Part shown: positions 38,079-51,050 of the stretch, piece by piece
Layout: each line of letters begins with the position of its first letter
How positions within the stretch are numbered: the first letter of the stretch is position 1
DNA from: Eledone cirrhosa
Lineage: Eukaryota
Assembly (NCBI GenBank): GCA_964016885.1
Contig: OZ024747.1
Span: 44,516,001 to 44,580,000 of the forward strand
Length of the DNA stretch: 64,000 nucleotides
Direction: 5' to 3'
Translations under genes and position numbers: made by a program
Notes under the pieces: generated by a model
What the model was told of the DNA's origin: nothing
What the model saw: the letters and a program-made list of their open reading frames with translations, nothing else
The model's database searches: none

Positions 38079-39099
38079 GTTTATGTATATATAATGATAA
38101 TTGGCATTGTACATAATTTTTGCTTTCTTTAGAATCTCATAGCATGCAGGATAAAAAGATAAACAATAACAACTGGCTGACTTAAGAAATATTGTTGATT
38201 TGAAATAGACCTGTCCCAACACATTGGCCGTAATCATAGTCAATCACTATAAATAATACAAGGGTATTTTACCCAATTTTTTCAACTATTATTTATAGAG
38301 GTCTGCTATTGTTATGGTCACTTGTGTTAGGAGGCACACATTTCAAGTATACATAGTAATAACTTATGAAGGGCATAAAACGAAAATAATCCGCCCACGG
38401 CCCCCTAAAAAGGAATTTCTTAAATGAGAGATTATTAGACAAATAATTACTAAGAAGATGTCCATCAATTTATATGTTGTTATTGTTACAGCTTACACCT
38501 ATGAGGTTCGACTGAACTCCAAAAAGGTTGCATCTCAAAGGAAGTTTCTCGAATGCTTTAATGATAGAGGCCCCAGTCCTATCATCACATAAATATCACA
38601 TATAAATATATATGTTCTCCGGACTTTTGTAATCATGGTAGCATTAACCAAAAAATATCAGTCCACTTGCATAATTGTGCTAACATCTGATGACATCACA
38701 CTAGTGCTGGTCGCTATTATAATGGTTGCAAAAGAGCTCCATGCTCGTGTCACAGAAATATGTATAATTAATAAATATAATTATGTAACTTCTGTCTTAA
38801 CATTTATTTCATACATGATAACTCTGTTATGTTTGATTGCCACATTAAAGTTGGATAGATACAACTGATGTGGAGTGCTCTCACCTGCTTACTCCTGTTT
38901 ATCAATGACAAGTCATAATGAAACATTTATGGCAACTAGCAGCTAGATATATAAATGCATATATGTTGTTACTGCTTACACCTATATAGGTTTGTTTGGT
39001 TTGTTGAAAATTGCATCTCATAGGTGGTTTCTTGGGAGATTTAATGATAGAGGTCTTAGTCCTATCATGTTTTTCACACCAATGTAAGCATGGCTGGCC

Positions 39100-39375
39100 T
39101 CCTCCAAAGCTGTATCTCATAGGAGGTTTCTCAAGTGTTTTAATGATAGGGGCCCCAGACCTATCATAAAAAAGAATATCTGCATAACCAGTCACCTGTC
39201 TGTTGCAGGGCTTAACCCTCATCTGCAGCTGGAAATCATTGTTTTTCAGCTGAGAGGACTGGAGCAATTTGAAATGAAATATCTTACTCAAGGACACAAC
39301 ATACCAACTAGTCCAGAAATCAAGCCTATTACCTTATGATTGTAAGTTCAACATCCTAACCACTAGGCCACGCAA
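39100..39375 (-). mobile_element. SINE family B with a stem-loop-bearing tail
   Basis: Head TGGCCTAGTGGTTAGG and a CORE-like block; the tail hairpin is ATGATAGG..CCTATCAT. Confidence 0.7.
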
Positions 39376-40049
39376 CTGTATTTAAGTCTAAAGTCCGTCC
39401 CGAGCCTCATCAGGTTGGCGCTAATCCCAGTTTCCATAGCATTAAGCAACTGAGAGTACAAGACTCACCACTGGAGGACACCAATCCATCACATGGTTAT
39501 ACCAGCAGCAACTGCTGGTATTCCTTTACAGCTGAGTATATTGGAGCAATGTAAAATGAAGTGCAACTGCATGGTCTTTAGTTTTTATGTTAATTGACCC
39601 AATATTTCAAATGAGAACATTTCTGAACAACTTTAAGTGCTATATTTTGTTGTAGACATTACACTAAATAAAGAAATAAATCACAAGAACATAATAAAGG
39701 AAAAACAGAAAGGTCACAAAGAAATAATGAAAATTTTCTCCTTCAAGAACAATTAGGGAAATTAAAATGAGTTTTATTTTATAACTTTTAAAATTCCTTT
39801 TTCTATTCATTCAGTCAGTTAAATCCATGAATACAATAAACAAAAGAAATTAGACTGTTACATGTTCCTGATACACAGAATGGTAAATATGTTAACCCAA
39901 AGGATGATAAGGGATAATGTACAGGGTCTTGTTCTTACATATACCCATTCTCCATTCTGTTTACGTAGTAATGTGGTTGTTCACAAGCCATAGAAGTGAG
40001 ATGGTTCCACTGCTTTCGGTTCAATATGATATTATAATAAAAGATATGG

Positions 40050-40250
40050 ACACAGCATGGCCAAATAGTTAAGGAGTTTGGTTCAGGTACGACCACACTG
40101 TGTGATCTTATGCTAGTGACATTAACCATAGCTTAGAGTTAACCCGATGTTTTGTACGTAAAACTGGGTAGATAGAAACTGCTTAGAATCCCATCAGAGG
40201 GACTATACCTGTAATTAAAAGGGCCAGCTTGTCATACACTGTGTCAATGA
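40050..40250 (+). mobile_element. SINE family C (old)
   Basis: CATGGCCAAATAGTTAAG..ACTGGGTAGATAGAAACTG..ACCTGTAATTAAAAGGGCCAGC. Confidence 0.6.
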
Positions 40251-40552
40251 TATGTGTGTAAATACATATATATATATATAGAATAGAAAACGAAAAATCA
40301 GTGATGCATCTGAACTCAATTTATTGTGTGTTACAATTGTTTCGTCGGTGGACAGCTCGAGACGCGATCATTGTGTGGATTTGTCTGATTCTGTATATAT
40401 AATGTGTGTGAATATATATATATATATACAAACATGTATGTATATATAATACATATATATATATACACATACATGTATGTATATACACACACACACATAT
40501 ATATATATATATATTAATTCAAAATATTAATAAATATAGACATTCATGTAAT

Positions 40553-40613
40553 CAAATATTATATAAATTTCAGAGGTACTGTGCTGTTTCCTCAGTACGT
40601 CCTCATCAGATAA
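40553..40613 (-). ncRNA. Degenerate hammerhead-like motif next to a PLE remnant
   Basis: CUGAUGA-GGAC GUACUG..CAGUAC CUCU-GAAA-uuuaua-UA; stem I has only 3 bp. Confidence 0.4.
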
Positions 40614-40679
40614 AATAAATTGATGTCTGACATACCTCAACTGAACCTTGTTTAACTTTTGGTTATATATATATATATA

Positions 40680-41945
40680 TGGAAAGCCTTGAGGAGTGAG
40701 AACCTAGTGGACACATGTGAGATATGGAAAAGTAAGGAACAAGTTATCCTCCCGAGAAAATTCCGAATTAAAGAAATAACATCAGAACCAAAATAAGACT
40801 AAATCTAGCACTCCAGAAACTTGAGACAGAAATCACTCTACTCCATCTAAGAGTACCAAAATTTGAAGAAAATTTCGACACCACCATTAGAGAAGATATA
40901 AACAAAAGAAGCAGTGGCAATGTACGGGAAAAACTCTGACCTTCGGAAGAGTGATACAACCAGAGAGAAATTAAAATCAAAGAAAATCTTGGTGTCAAGA
41001 ACACAATGGCTACAAGAATATGAAAAAAACTATGGGAAAGACCAAATAAAATCCAAAAAACAAACCCATAAGAAACCCTCAAATTCGGGAATATACAAAA
41101 ACACAAGAAATGAAGAATTCTCATGCAATAAACAAACATCAACCAGAGATTGGAGAATCCCAAACACACAATTATACACAGACCAAAAACTGAACACCAA
41201 AACCAGAACCAGATACAACTACTATCAAAACCCCAAGAACAATTACCAGCAGCAAAATCAAAGACATATAATGACCGAACTGAACAACAGAAGAACTAGA
41301 CCCCCATATATCAACCACTAAACAAGATCCTACCCTTCAGAAAATTATCAACATGAAATGCCAGCGAACAGAATATTTCACCACAACAGAAACACCACTA
41401 CCTCAAATGGGAATTATTTTTTGGACAAGGTGCCTCTCACCAAATGAAAGGGAAAAAGAAAAAAACACCACCCTTCAAGTAGCACTCAACGAGAAAACTC
41501 CAAAGGAACCAAAAATAATCAACATATCGGCCAAAAAACTAACACAACAGGAAATGAAACTGCTAGAGAATGGACTGAAATTCACACCCACTCCAAAAGC
41601 AGATCAAGCCGACCTTATAAAAGACACAGAAGATTTTTGTCAAAATTTACGTCTAGGAGAATTCTTCCAAGGTGTAGAATATGAGGAGGAATCACTAGTG
41701 ACAAACAAAAAGAACCTCAAACTTCCGTTAGAGACAAACACCTGGAGGGATACATAACCTGCCTCCGATGATCGGCACAGTCAAATATTGCAAAGACGAA
41801 ACACAAACGTGACATTCCTACAGACTAACTGATCTAAGTTTGACAATCGCCACCGACGAATGCGAGAAAGTTCTCCAGGAAAGTTAACCAGGAATCTTTA
41901 AAAATCTTCCCATCGAAGTTAACAAAAAACTTACTAGATCTACCA
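40680..41945 (+). pseudogene. Penelope-like element ORF N-terminal remnant
   Basis: IINISAKKLTQQEMKLLENGLKFTPTP..DLIKDTEDFCQNLRLGEFF is the typical PLE N-terminal motif (N.S...LT..E..LL.KGL.F.PTP). The coding strand is A-rich with frameshifts. Confidence 0.8.
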
Positions 41946-42022
41946 ATTCATAATATTATAATATTATAAAATTAAATCAATTTGTTTAGAACTACAAGTG
42001 AAGTCATTGTTTTCCTTTTTTT

Positions 42023-42065
<43 letters not shown>

Positions 42066-42106
42066 TCAATTTGGATTGCCTCGGAAACAACCTTATTATG
42101 TAACAA

Positions 42107-42180
42107 GCTGGCTGATGATGTCACGACACTCGCACACAGAACAGTGTGGCCAGTGTCGTCATTGAAATATATATCACAGC
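42107..42180 (+). ncRNA. Type I hammerhead-like motif with a long stem II
   Basis: GCUGg-CUGAUGA-UG..ACGACACU..AGUGUCGUCA uu-GAAA-UAUAUA-UC-ACAGC, with a palindromic stem III and ATTAAA downstream. Confidence 0.6.
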
Positions 42181-42227
42181 ATTATTATTAAAGGACTTGA
42201 ACATCTGAAACTACTTCGCTTTTACTT

Positions 42228-42342
<115 letters not shown>

Positions 42343-42365
42343 ATATATAATACATTTATATACAT

Positions 42366-42665
42366 CATGGCTGCCCCCTCGTTATCGAGTATGGCCAATG
42401 CATGATATACCATTATTAATAATTATCAATTAATGCTATCGTGCAATGCCTGTGCATGGAGATTTTTTTTTTAAAGTGAGGAAAGACTGTGCACTGAGCC
42501 AATCCCACTCTCTGAGTGACAGTAGCAATAACCCGAAAAGAAGGAAAGATCAACATCATCGGTAACTACTGAGCCGCAGGTTTTATGTCGGAGTTATCTC
42601 AGTTTCCTGAGTTGCCTTCTCCTAGAAGAATGCCCTGACAAAGGCTAGGGGTCCTTCACTCCCTG
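42366..42665 (-). mobile_element. Diverged sibling of the bipartite RTE derivative
   Basis: Shares CTAGGAGAAGG, AGAGAGTGGGATTGGCT, GCACAGGCATTGC and the 3' TGGCCATACTCGATAACGAG..GGCAGCCA, but lacks the zinc-finger segment. Confidence 0.7.
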
Positions 42666-42805
42666 CGCGTATACACACACGTATATACATATATATACAT
42701 GTATGTAAATATAAAATATATACATATATATTCATACATGTATGTATATATAATACATATATATATATATACACATATATTTATACATGTATGTATACAT
42801 AATAC

Positions 42806-42842
<37 letters not shown>

Positions 42843-43083
42843 TATTCATACATGCATGTATATATAATACATATACATATATATATATATATATATACAT
42901 ATATATTCATATGTATGTATATATAATACATATACATATATATATATACACACATGTATGTCTATATAATACTATACATATATATATATATATACACACA
43001 CACACATGTATTATATATACATACATGTATGTATATATATATATACATATACATACAGGTATGTATATATAATATACACACAC

Positions 43084-44358
43084 AGAAATTACTCCATTTT
43101 ATGTCCCAAATGCAAAGTATGGGTGCATAAAAGATGTAGTGGGATCACAGGTAAGCTAACTAAGAACATAGATTTTACATGTGGCCGGTGCTCTGGTGCA
43201 ATAAGTAGCAGCAAGTGCCCACAAAATACTAGCTCCTTCAACTGCGCAGAGGGTTCTATAGAAATAGCGGACAGCTTCCGTTACCTGGGTGACAAAATCA
43301 GCAGTGGGGGAGGGTGCTCTGAAAGTACAGTAGCTAGAGTCAGAACTGGATGGAAAAAGTTCAGAGAGCTTATACCACTATTAGCCGCTAGAGGGTTCTC
43401 CCTAAAAATGAAAGGCAGGTTATACGATGCCTGCATACGAACAGCAATGCTGCATGGCAGTGAGACCTGGGCATTGTGTGCAGAGGATATACGCAGACTA
43501 GAGAGGAACGAAGCTTGCATGCTCCGCTGGATGTGCAATAGTAATATACGTGAACGGCAAAGCATAAACGAACTAAGGGAAAAAATTAGAAATAAGAGGG
43601 ATCAGATGTTGTTTACTCGAGAGAAGGCTACGTTGGTACGGTGACGTGATGCGCATGAAAGACGACAGCTGTATAACAAAGTGCAGGGCAATAAAGATAG
43701 ACGGTAGCCACGGAGTAGGCAGACCCAGAAAAACATGGGACGAGCTGATAAATTCCGACCTCACACGCTTACACCTCTCCAAGACAATGTCACTGGACCG
43801 AGACCTTTGGCGGTACTCAGTAATAGAGAAGACCCGCCTTACCTAAATACAAAGTAAAAACCTACTACAGTCAGTAGGCATCTCTATCAAAACACCCCCC
43901 CGTCCCACCACCTCCACCCCATCCACACCGCCCCTTTCAATGTACAGTTATGTTGGTCCCACAACATCCAGGCCGAAACAAATGAGATCGTGTAGGTGTC
44001 ACGACAAAAAAACACACAGTCCACGCTGTAAATGTGGCCGTGTAGGCAACACGGTAAAAACCTCCCAGCCCCACACTGTAAATGTGGTTGGTGTTAGGAA
44101 GGGCATCCAGCTGTAGAAAACCCGCCAGACAGTCCACGCTGTAAAGTGGCCGTGTAGGCAACACGGTAAAAACCTCCCAGCCCCACACTGTAAATGTGGT
44201 TGGTGTTAGGAAGGGCATCCAACTGTAGAAAACCCGCCAGACAGTCCTATGCGAGCAAGACAACCACTCTTGCCTCAAGTGGGAAAACCCCCGTCCAAAC
44301 CCATGCAAGCGTGGAACACGGACGCTAAACCTGATGATGATGATGATGATGATGATGA
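43084..44358 (+). mobile_element. 5'-truncated young RTE copy
   Basis: About 99% identical by eye to 55695-56946, with a 1-bp insertion near 43578, the same 3' UTR duplication and a (GAT)n tail. Confidence 0.95.
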
Positions 44359-44366
44359 TATATATA

Positions 44367-45320
44367 TACGCAGATGACATCAAGCTGTACCTTGAGATAA
44401 AAAGGACAGATCCTGAATACTATAGATCTTGCTTGAAGTCTGACCTGGACACAATGCAACAATGGATCTCAGACTGGCAACTCAAGCTAGCTGTGGACAA
44501 GTGCACCACCACGCATTTTGGGAGTAAAAACCCAGCGTCCACATACTCCCTCCACAGCACTAATATCAAGAAGTCTTCTTGTGAACGTGACCTGGGCATT
44601 GCGGTCAGCAGCGATTTGCGTTGGATGAAGCACATCTCTAAAATTGTCAAGAGGGCTGAGGGTGTCTTAGCATCACTCAGCAAAACCTTTGTCAGCCACT
44701 CTCCAGCTATCTATTTAAGGCTATGGTGCGGCTACACTTAGAATTTGCATCACCAGTCTGGAACTCCTATCTTGCTCAGAACATTGACCACCTGGAAACT
44801 GTTCAGAGACGTGCAACCAAGCGAATACCCTCCATCTGGCATCTACCATACTCTGAACGCCTTGCTTCCCTGGGCATGGATACATTGAAGCTCCGACGCC
44901 TGGCAACTGACTTGGTAAACACCCACAAAATTGTTAACCATCTTGCCAACAACAACCCTTAGTATCTTTTTGATTTCCAAGTGTCTAACACACCTGGGCA
45001 TGCCCACAAAGTCAGAAAACAGCACAGTTCCCATGACTTTCTGAAACATTTTTTCACGCTCAGAGTTTCTGAAGCATGGAACAAACTACCTGCATCAGTT
45101 ATTAGCTGTCGAGACGCTGCATCCTTTAAAACCTCCATGCTTCCCGAGATTCGCCAACACTACACCTAATGTTCCCCTTCCATACACATACACACATGTA
45201 TATCATAACTCATACACTATTCACTTCCCTGACATTTGTATATTATTCTATGTACTATACATGCACCTTTAACGAGTTGTAGTGCACCTGAGCACTTTAC
45301 ACAATAATTTCATTATTATT
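44367..45320 (+). mobile_element. 5'-truncated CR1-clade LINE
   Basis: YADDIKLY..DLDTMQQWISDWQLKLAVDKC, ERDLGI, VRLHLEFASPVWN, LETVQRRATK and HFFTLRVSEAWNKLP, with an (ATT)n tail. Confidence 0.9.
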
Positions 45321-45420
45321 GACTTTGCCTTTCATCCTTATGGGGTCGATAAAATAAAAGTACCAGTAATGCACTGGGTAATTTGCTGGCCTTGTGCCTA
45401 AAGTAGAAACAATTATTATT
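45321..45420 (+). mobile_element. SINE family A 3' half
   Basis: ACTTTGCCTTTCATCCTTATGGGGTCGATAAAATAAAAGTACC. Confidence 0.85.
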
Positions 45421-46089
45421 ATATTATATATATGCATACATGTATGTATATATAATACATAAATATACACATACATATATATGCACATATATAAGTACAT
45501 ATACAAAATTACTAAAGACTCATAAATATTAATACTTTACAAATTTGCAATGATTTATGTTAAGGGAACTCAGTCTTTCTGATAAACCTTCTAAGTTTTG
45601 TGAAATAGAAACAAATAGAGTTTATAAACAAAACTAGAATTTAGTAGCAATTTGAAAAAAACGGTTCCCTCACTCTCTAGCTTTTGTCTGAGAATAGTCA
45701 TGCTTTGTTTTGTTTGTTTTTTATCAGTGATATAAAATTCATAGAAAGATTTCAACAAGAATTATAAAATTCAATTTTCTTAAAATATGCATGACATTAT
45801 TAAAAATTTATACCAGCTATTTAAATCAATTTAATAGAAACACATCTTTCACTTTAAATTAGATTAGTATATGTAAAAACATTGCATCTCAAAAAATTAT
45901 TTTGTCTAATTTTCTAAAAGAAAAATACAAAATAAGGAGAATGATAAAATATTGACAATGAAAGTTATTTTCTTGTTAAAACTTCTTAAAATGTAGAAAA
46001 TTGTTTATTTCTTTTAAACTTTACCCTGGTCAGTATTAAACCTATTTAACATTATATTACAGTTGATAAACAGTACATTAGATAGATAG

Positions 46090-46370
46090 ATGCAGCATGA
46101 CTGAATGGTAAAGAAGCTTACTTTATAATCATTAGGTCCCAGGTTTGATCTCACAATGCAGCATCTAGAGCAAAAGTCATTTACCAAAGCCTTAGGTCAA
46201 CCCATGTCTTGTGAGTGAAATTGGGTAGATGGAAACTATGCAGAAGCCTATCAGATGGGCTGTACCTGAAAGTCAAAAGGCCAGCCTTTTCATACACTGT
46301 GCCATGCTGAATCTTCCTAAGAATTACATTATGGGTACGTGTGTCTGTGGAATGCTCAAACACTTACATC
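46090..46370 (+). mobile_element. SINE family C
   Basis: CATGACTGAATGGTAAAGAAGC head and TTGTGAGTGAAATTGGGTAGATGGAAACT. Confidence 0.65.
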
Positions 46371-46726
46371 GCGCACACACACATAGATTTTTACGTCTAC
46401 AAAATAGGAGGCTATAGTAATAGTCAATTGCTCGATGCTGAGAAGTAGGATCAAACCTGCATACACATAGAAGTGAATCAAACTGCTTAACCACACAGCC
46501 ATACCATGTAATATGAGGGCTGCAACCTGATGATATCCATTACACCTATACCAGTAATTGGTGCAGGCTGGTTGTTGTTATGCTGCAAGAGTTTGAGTAT
46601 GGTTTTGAAGAGATGTGATTGGTTTTTACTTTATGTTTTGTGCCATTTGTGTATTGTGGGTGGGACTGAGTGTAGGTTTATGGATTGTGTTTGATTTAGT
46701 TCATGGATATCATGGGTTTCTTGTGT

Positions 46727-46980
46727 GGAGGCATGAGGCCTAATGGTTAGGGTGTTGGATTTACAATCATAATGCTGTGGGTTCCTGGACTGGGTTGTGT
46801 TGTACTCTTGAGCAAAACACTTTATTTCATGTTCCTCCAGTCTACTCAGTTGAAAATGAGTACCAGCAGTAGCTGGGCATTTAACTCTGCAATGGCATCC
46901 TGTCTTGTGCTCTCAGTCACTTCACGCCACGGAAACCAAGCTAAACACCAGCCTGATGAGCCTCCAGGCTTGAGAGAGAG
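46727..46980 (+). mobile_element. SINE family B
   Basis: GGAGGCATGAGGCCTAATGGTTAGGGTGTTG..GTACTCTTGAGCAAAACACTT. Confidence 0.7.
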
Positions 46981-47051
46981 TTTAGATGGATTTCATGTTG
47001 GTTTGCATTCAGATCAATTGACACACAGACACACATAAACGCACATACATA

Positions 47052-47335
47052 TCATCATCATCATCATCATCTTTTTTTTACATCTGCTTTTCCGCCACTT
47101 GCATGGGTTGGACGGGTCCTTCTCAACATGGTATCTCTCCACAATTTTGTGATCCTTTGTCATCTCCTCTGTGAGTCTAAGTGATTTGAGGTCAGCTCTC
47201 ACAACATCTGACCTGGTCTTTCTTGGTCTACCTCTACTGCTGCTTCCTTCCACTGTCATTTCCTGGCACTTCTTCACCCAACGATCATTGTCCATGTGCA
47301 TCACATGTCCAAACCAACATAGTCTTCCCTAGGCC
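47052..47335 (-). mobile_element. RTE 3' fragment
   Basis: WFGHVMHMDNDRWVKKCQEMTVEGSSSRGRPRKT, with a (GAT)n tail. Confidence 0.85.
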
Positions 47336-47995
47336 ACACCACCTTGGATTCCTATAATATATATTCTTTTGTGTGTGTACAGATATTAGTGGTACGACTT
47401 CAGTGGTGGTAGGTAGAGGTCTATGTAGGGTACAATCAAGCAACTAATTATCATACGTTATATTTTCCTCACAATTAAAGAAAGATGTTTTAATCACCAA
47501 GGTAAAATAGTGAAACCAATTTTGCACATGTTTAGGATTAAAATCAATGTTGGTATCATACTCAGCTCATTTATTTGTATGGTTTATAGTATGTTATTTT
47601 GCATTGCTGTTTATGTAGAGAATCTATTGCTTTTTTTTTCCTATAGAAGAAAGCCAATAAAAAACAATTTCGCCGTGAAAAAAAAATTAATTATCCAGCT
47701 AAATTTCCCGATATTATAAACAAGACCAAAAACAATACCTTCAAAATTGGGTATTTAATATTCTGTGGAGAGAAAAGTCCTTAGTAGGAGAAAAAGGAAA
47801 AAAGAAATTTCCAATAAACAGTGACAGAAATTATTGGTGTTGTTTAATTGAGACAGTATCCATTAGTAACTTCAAGCAGTTTTATATATATATTTATTTT
47901 TATTTATTTCCATTCTTCATCTGTATTTCTGTTTATTTTTAGATGCAAGTCAAACAGCAATAGTTTTGAACTTGTCGAGATAACAGACAAATATA

Positions 47996-48056
<61 letters not shown>

Positions 48057-48639
48057 GTGTGTGTCTTTGATCTAATATATAGATTGAGAAAATAGTTCTG
48101 TGTTATTTCAAACTTTGTAGCTTGACAGAGAATTAAAACTGATAGGAAATTATATGTGTGTGTGTGTGTGTGTGTGCCTTGGTGCAATAGTACTTTTAGT
48201 AGTAGTCATAGTGGTAATAGTAGTAGTTATAATGGTGATGGTGGGGGAGTAGTAGTAGTAATAGTAGTACTGCTGGTGGTGGTCGTAATAGTAGTGCTGG
48301 TAGCGGTCATAGTAATAGTAGTAGTAGTAGGAGCAGCAGATATGAAAGTAACACAAAAATAAAATATAGAAAAAATATTTAAAAAAAAACAAAACTTCAG
48401 AACAAATTGGAATATTTGCTTTGAATTTAGTAAGTTGGAAAAAAAACCATTCACTGTATACATTAACAATTATATTTCATAGATAAAAAGATCCAAATTG
48501 ACTAACTGGTTACTTATTTCTTTGTTATTGTCTTTTTATTTGTTTTGAGAGGCAAATCTAGATGATTATTAAAATTGTTTCTTCAATTGTTTCATATATA
48601 TTGTTGTTTAGCCATCAGCTAGTGAACATTCGGATGGAG

Positions 48640-48870
48640 ACATGGCTGGATGGTTAAGAAGTTCCTTACACAATCATTGGCTCCCATGTTCAACCCCACT
48701 GTGTGGCCATCTTGGGCAAGTGGGTGTCTTACTATAGCCTCGAATCAACCCATGCCTTGTAAGTGAAACTGGGCAGACAGAAATTGTTTGGAAGACCATT
48801 AGATGGACTGTAGCTGTAATTCAAAGGACCAGTTGTCACATACTGTCCAATGGCATAGTTAAATGTATCA
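48640..48870 (+). mobile_element. SINE family C
   Basis: CATGGCTGGATGGTTAAGAAG, GTTCAACCCC and CTTGGGCAAGTG. Confidence 0.7.
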
Positions 48871-49059
48871 GCATTTTGGGGCAAAAAGATGTTTGATCTC
48901 ACCACCTTATTTAACAAACCTCAGAGGATATTTTGCACACCTTCATGCCATTTCCCAGGCATAAATGCCTCCTTTTGATATACCTTTGACAATGCATCAC
49001 CATTAATACTAATAGAGGTCCATTCTACTGGACACTCATGAGATCACCAAATTATCAGT

Positions 49060-49285
49060 CAACTCTTTAGCATTTACATTACTCTATATATACTATTATA
49101 TTTTCACAGTAAAGGCTTTATCTCACAATTATTTTACATAATATTGAATCTATGAGATTTTAATATTATTCTTTTCGAGTACAATACCTTAACATCAGTA
49201 TGAGTAGCCAGTTACAGCCAGTTTGAATAGAAAGAGGTGAGAGAATTCTGGCTGGATATAGCTGGTTTAAATGCTAAACGGTTAA
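49060..49285 (+). mobile_element. TTAA MITE family copy
   Basis: CTCTTTAGCATTT...AAATGCTAAACGGTTAA. Confidence 0.8.
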
Positions 49286-49358
49286 GGTAAGTAGTGGTCG
49301 TTTATTTCTGAACATCCTCTAATAATTTTGTAGAAAATTGCTAAAAACAAATCTTTCA

Positions 49359-49820
49359 ATTCAAATGTTTATAGTGTGTTTACTAGTAAACAGACTGTTC
49401 AGAAATCATGCAATACTAGAGTAAAGATTTTAATTTTTAATGCGATGTAACCATAGTGTTGTTCTGTACTTTTCAAAAATGTCATGTTAGTGTGATTTCA
49501 TGTAGTACAGGACATTTAAATGATTATAGTATCTTTACTAGTATAGAGATGGTTGTGAAAATTTACATTAGAGCAAAACCTTTGATATTTAATGTAATAC
49601 AGATATGATGTTTTGTACTTTTTATGAATGTGTTGTTTATATGGTTTCATGTGATTTGTTAATTCAAATGTTTATATTTTTATTATCAGATAGATCGTTG
49701 TGAAACTTTACAGAATTAGAGTAAACACTTTAATATTTCATGTGTTGCAAATATAATGCTGTTTTATACTTTTTAAGAATGTCTTGTTGAGTATGGAGTC
49801 TCATTTGGTACAGGATGTTT
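49359..49820. repeat. Old ~150-bp tandem repeat, three diverged units
   Basis: Recurrent TT(C)AAATG.TTATA, TAGAG.AAA..TTT.AT.TTT.ATG and TGT..T.TACTTTT..AATGT at ~150-bp spacing. Confidence 0.65.
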
Positions 49821-50437
49821 AGAGTTAAGTTAAAATAATTCTGTTTACAATTCAAGTAAAGCTTATACATAATATACAAATATATTATTGATCTTTCAGT
49901 TGAGTTCAATTGTTATCTGTCATTGATAAATTTATAAAAAATATAATCTATTTACTCTCATTAACAGATACTTAAGAAATATATTTTGCAGACTCGAAAT
50001 AAAAAATTCAAAGCAATTCTTTTTTAAGTTCATTTAATGAGAACATTGCCTTCATTGTAAGCAATAATTCATTTGCAATATAACATCATACATCTTTTTC
50101 CTATTTGTTATTTATAAATTAACAAAACAACATTTATATATGTAAGGATGTTCCTTCACCATAATACATGGTAATATAATTAATAACATTTTTATTTTAT
50201 TTATTCATCTGTGTAGTTTATACTTATCTTAAATGTCATAAAACAGAGAGAAGCCAACTACTGTGTTAACCCAGCAAATATATTTTCTTAAAGAGACAAA
50301 TTACATTGAAATGATTAAACTAAGAAACAGGAATTGGTGTTAGTTGCTATTTGAAACAAATAATAGCCAAGCAATTGTGGATATTAAGTGAAAGTAGGAA
50401 AATATGTGGAAATAAAAACAAAGAACATATAAGATAT

Positions 50438-50668
50438 TAACCCTTTAGCATTTGCATTACTCTATATTTGCATTACTCTATATTTACTATTATATTTTCA
50501 TGGTAAAGACTTTACCTCGCATAATATCAAATCTATGAGATTTTGATATTATTTATTTTGAGAAAAACACCTTAAATTCAGTATGAGTGGCCAGTTATGG
50601 CCAGTTTGAACAGAAAGAGGTGAGAGAATTCTGGCCGGATACGGCCGGTTGAAATGCTAAAGGGTTAA
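50438..50668 (+). mobile_element. piggyBac-like MITE, complete
   Basis: TTAA-CCCTTTAGCATTT ... AAATGCTAAAGGG-TTAA (13-bp TIR with a TTAA TSD). Confidence 0.85.
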
Positions 50669-50858
50669 CTGATGATGATGATGGATCATTTATGCTAATA
50701 TATATGTGTGTGTGTTTTATATCTTTTTTTTTTGTCAGGAGAAGGATTGACATCCATTCCACCAATAGTGAGGAATGCTCAAATAGAAAGATTTAGGAAA
50801 CATTTGTTTAAATTGTACCACAGTGAGTTGAGTCAGTTTAAAAAGCCTCTACTTCCTC

Positions 50859-51050
50859 ATAATTGTTTCTACGTTAGGCACAAGGCCAGCAATTACCCAG
50901 TGCATTACTGGTACTTTATTTGATCGACCCCGTAAGGATGAAAGGCAAAGTTAACCTCGGCGGGATTTGAACTCAGAATGGCAAGGGCCGTAACTCTATA
51001 CTTCAAAGCATGGCGTCCGAGCCTCTCCCAATACTGCCAATTCACCGCCC
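50859..51050 (-). mobile_element. SINE family A with TSD
   Basis: Full copy; CCTCTACTTCCTCATAAT flanks both sides (50846 and 51052). Confidence 0.92.

Noticed and set aside
39935-40030. Minus-strand open stretch with a GTAAGA donor
   Set aside because: There is no plausible acceptor, and it runs into a SINE.
41765-41815. CCGATGA...GACGAAACAC hammerhead-like string
   Set aside because: There is no stem II, no U at position 16.1 and no stem I; it lies within PLE coding remnant.
46950-46980. CTGATGAGCC..GGC in the SINE B tail (also ~39400)
   Set aside because: It lacks GAAA and stems I and III.
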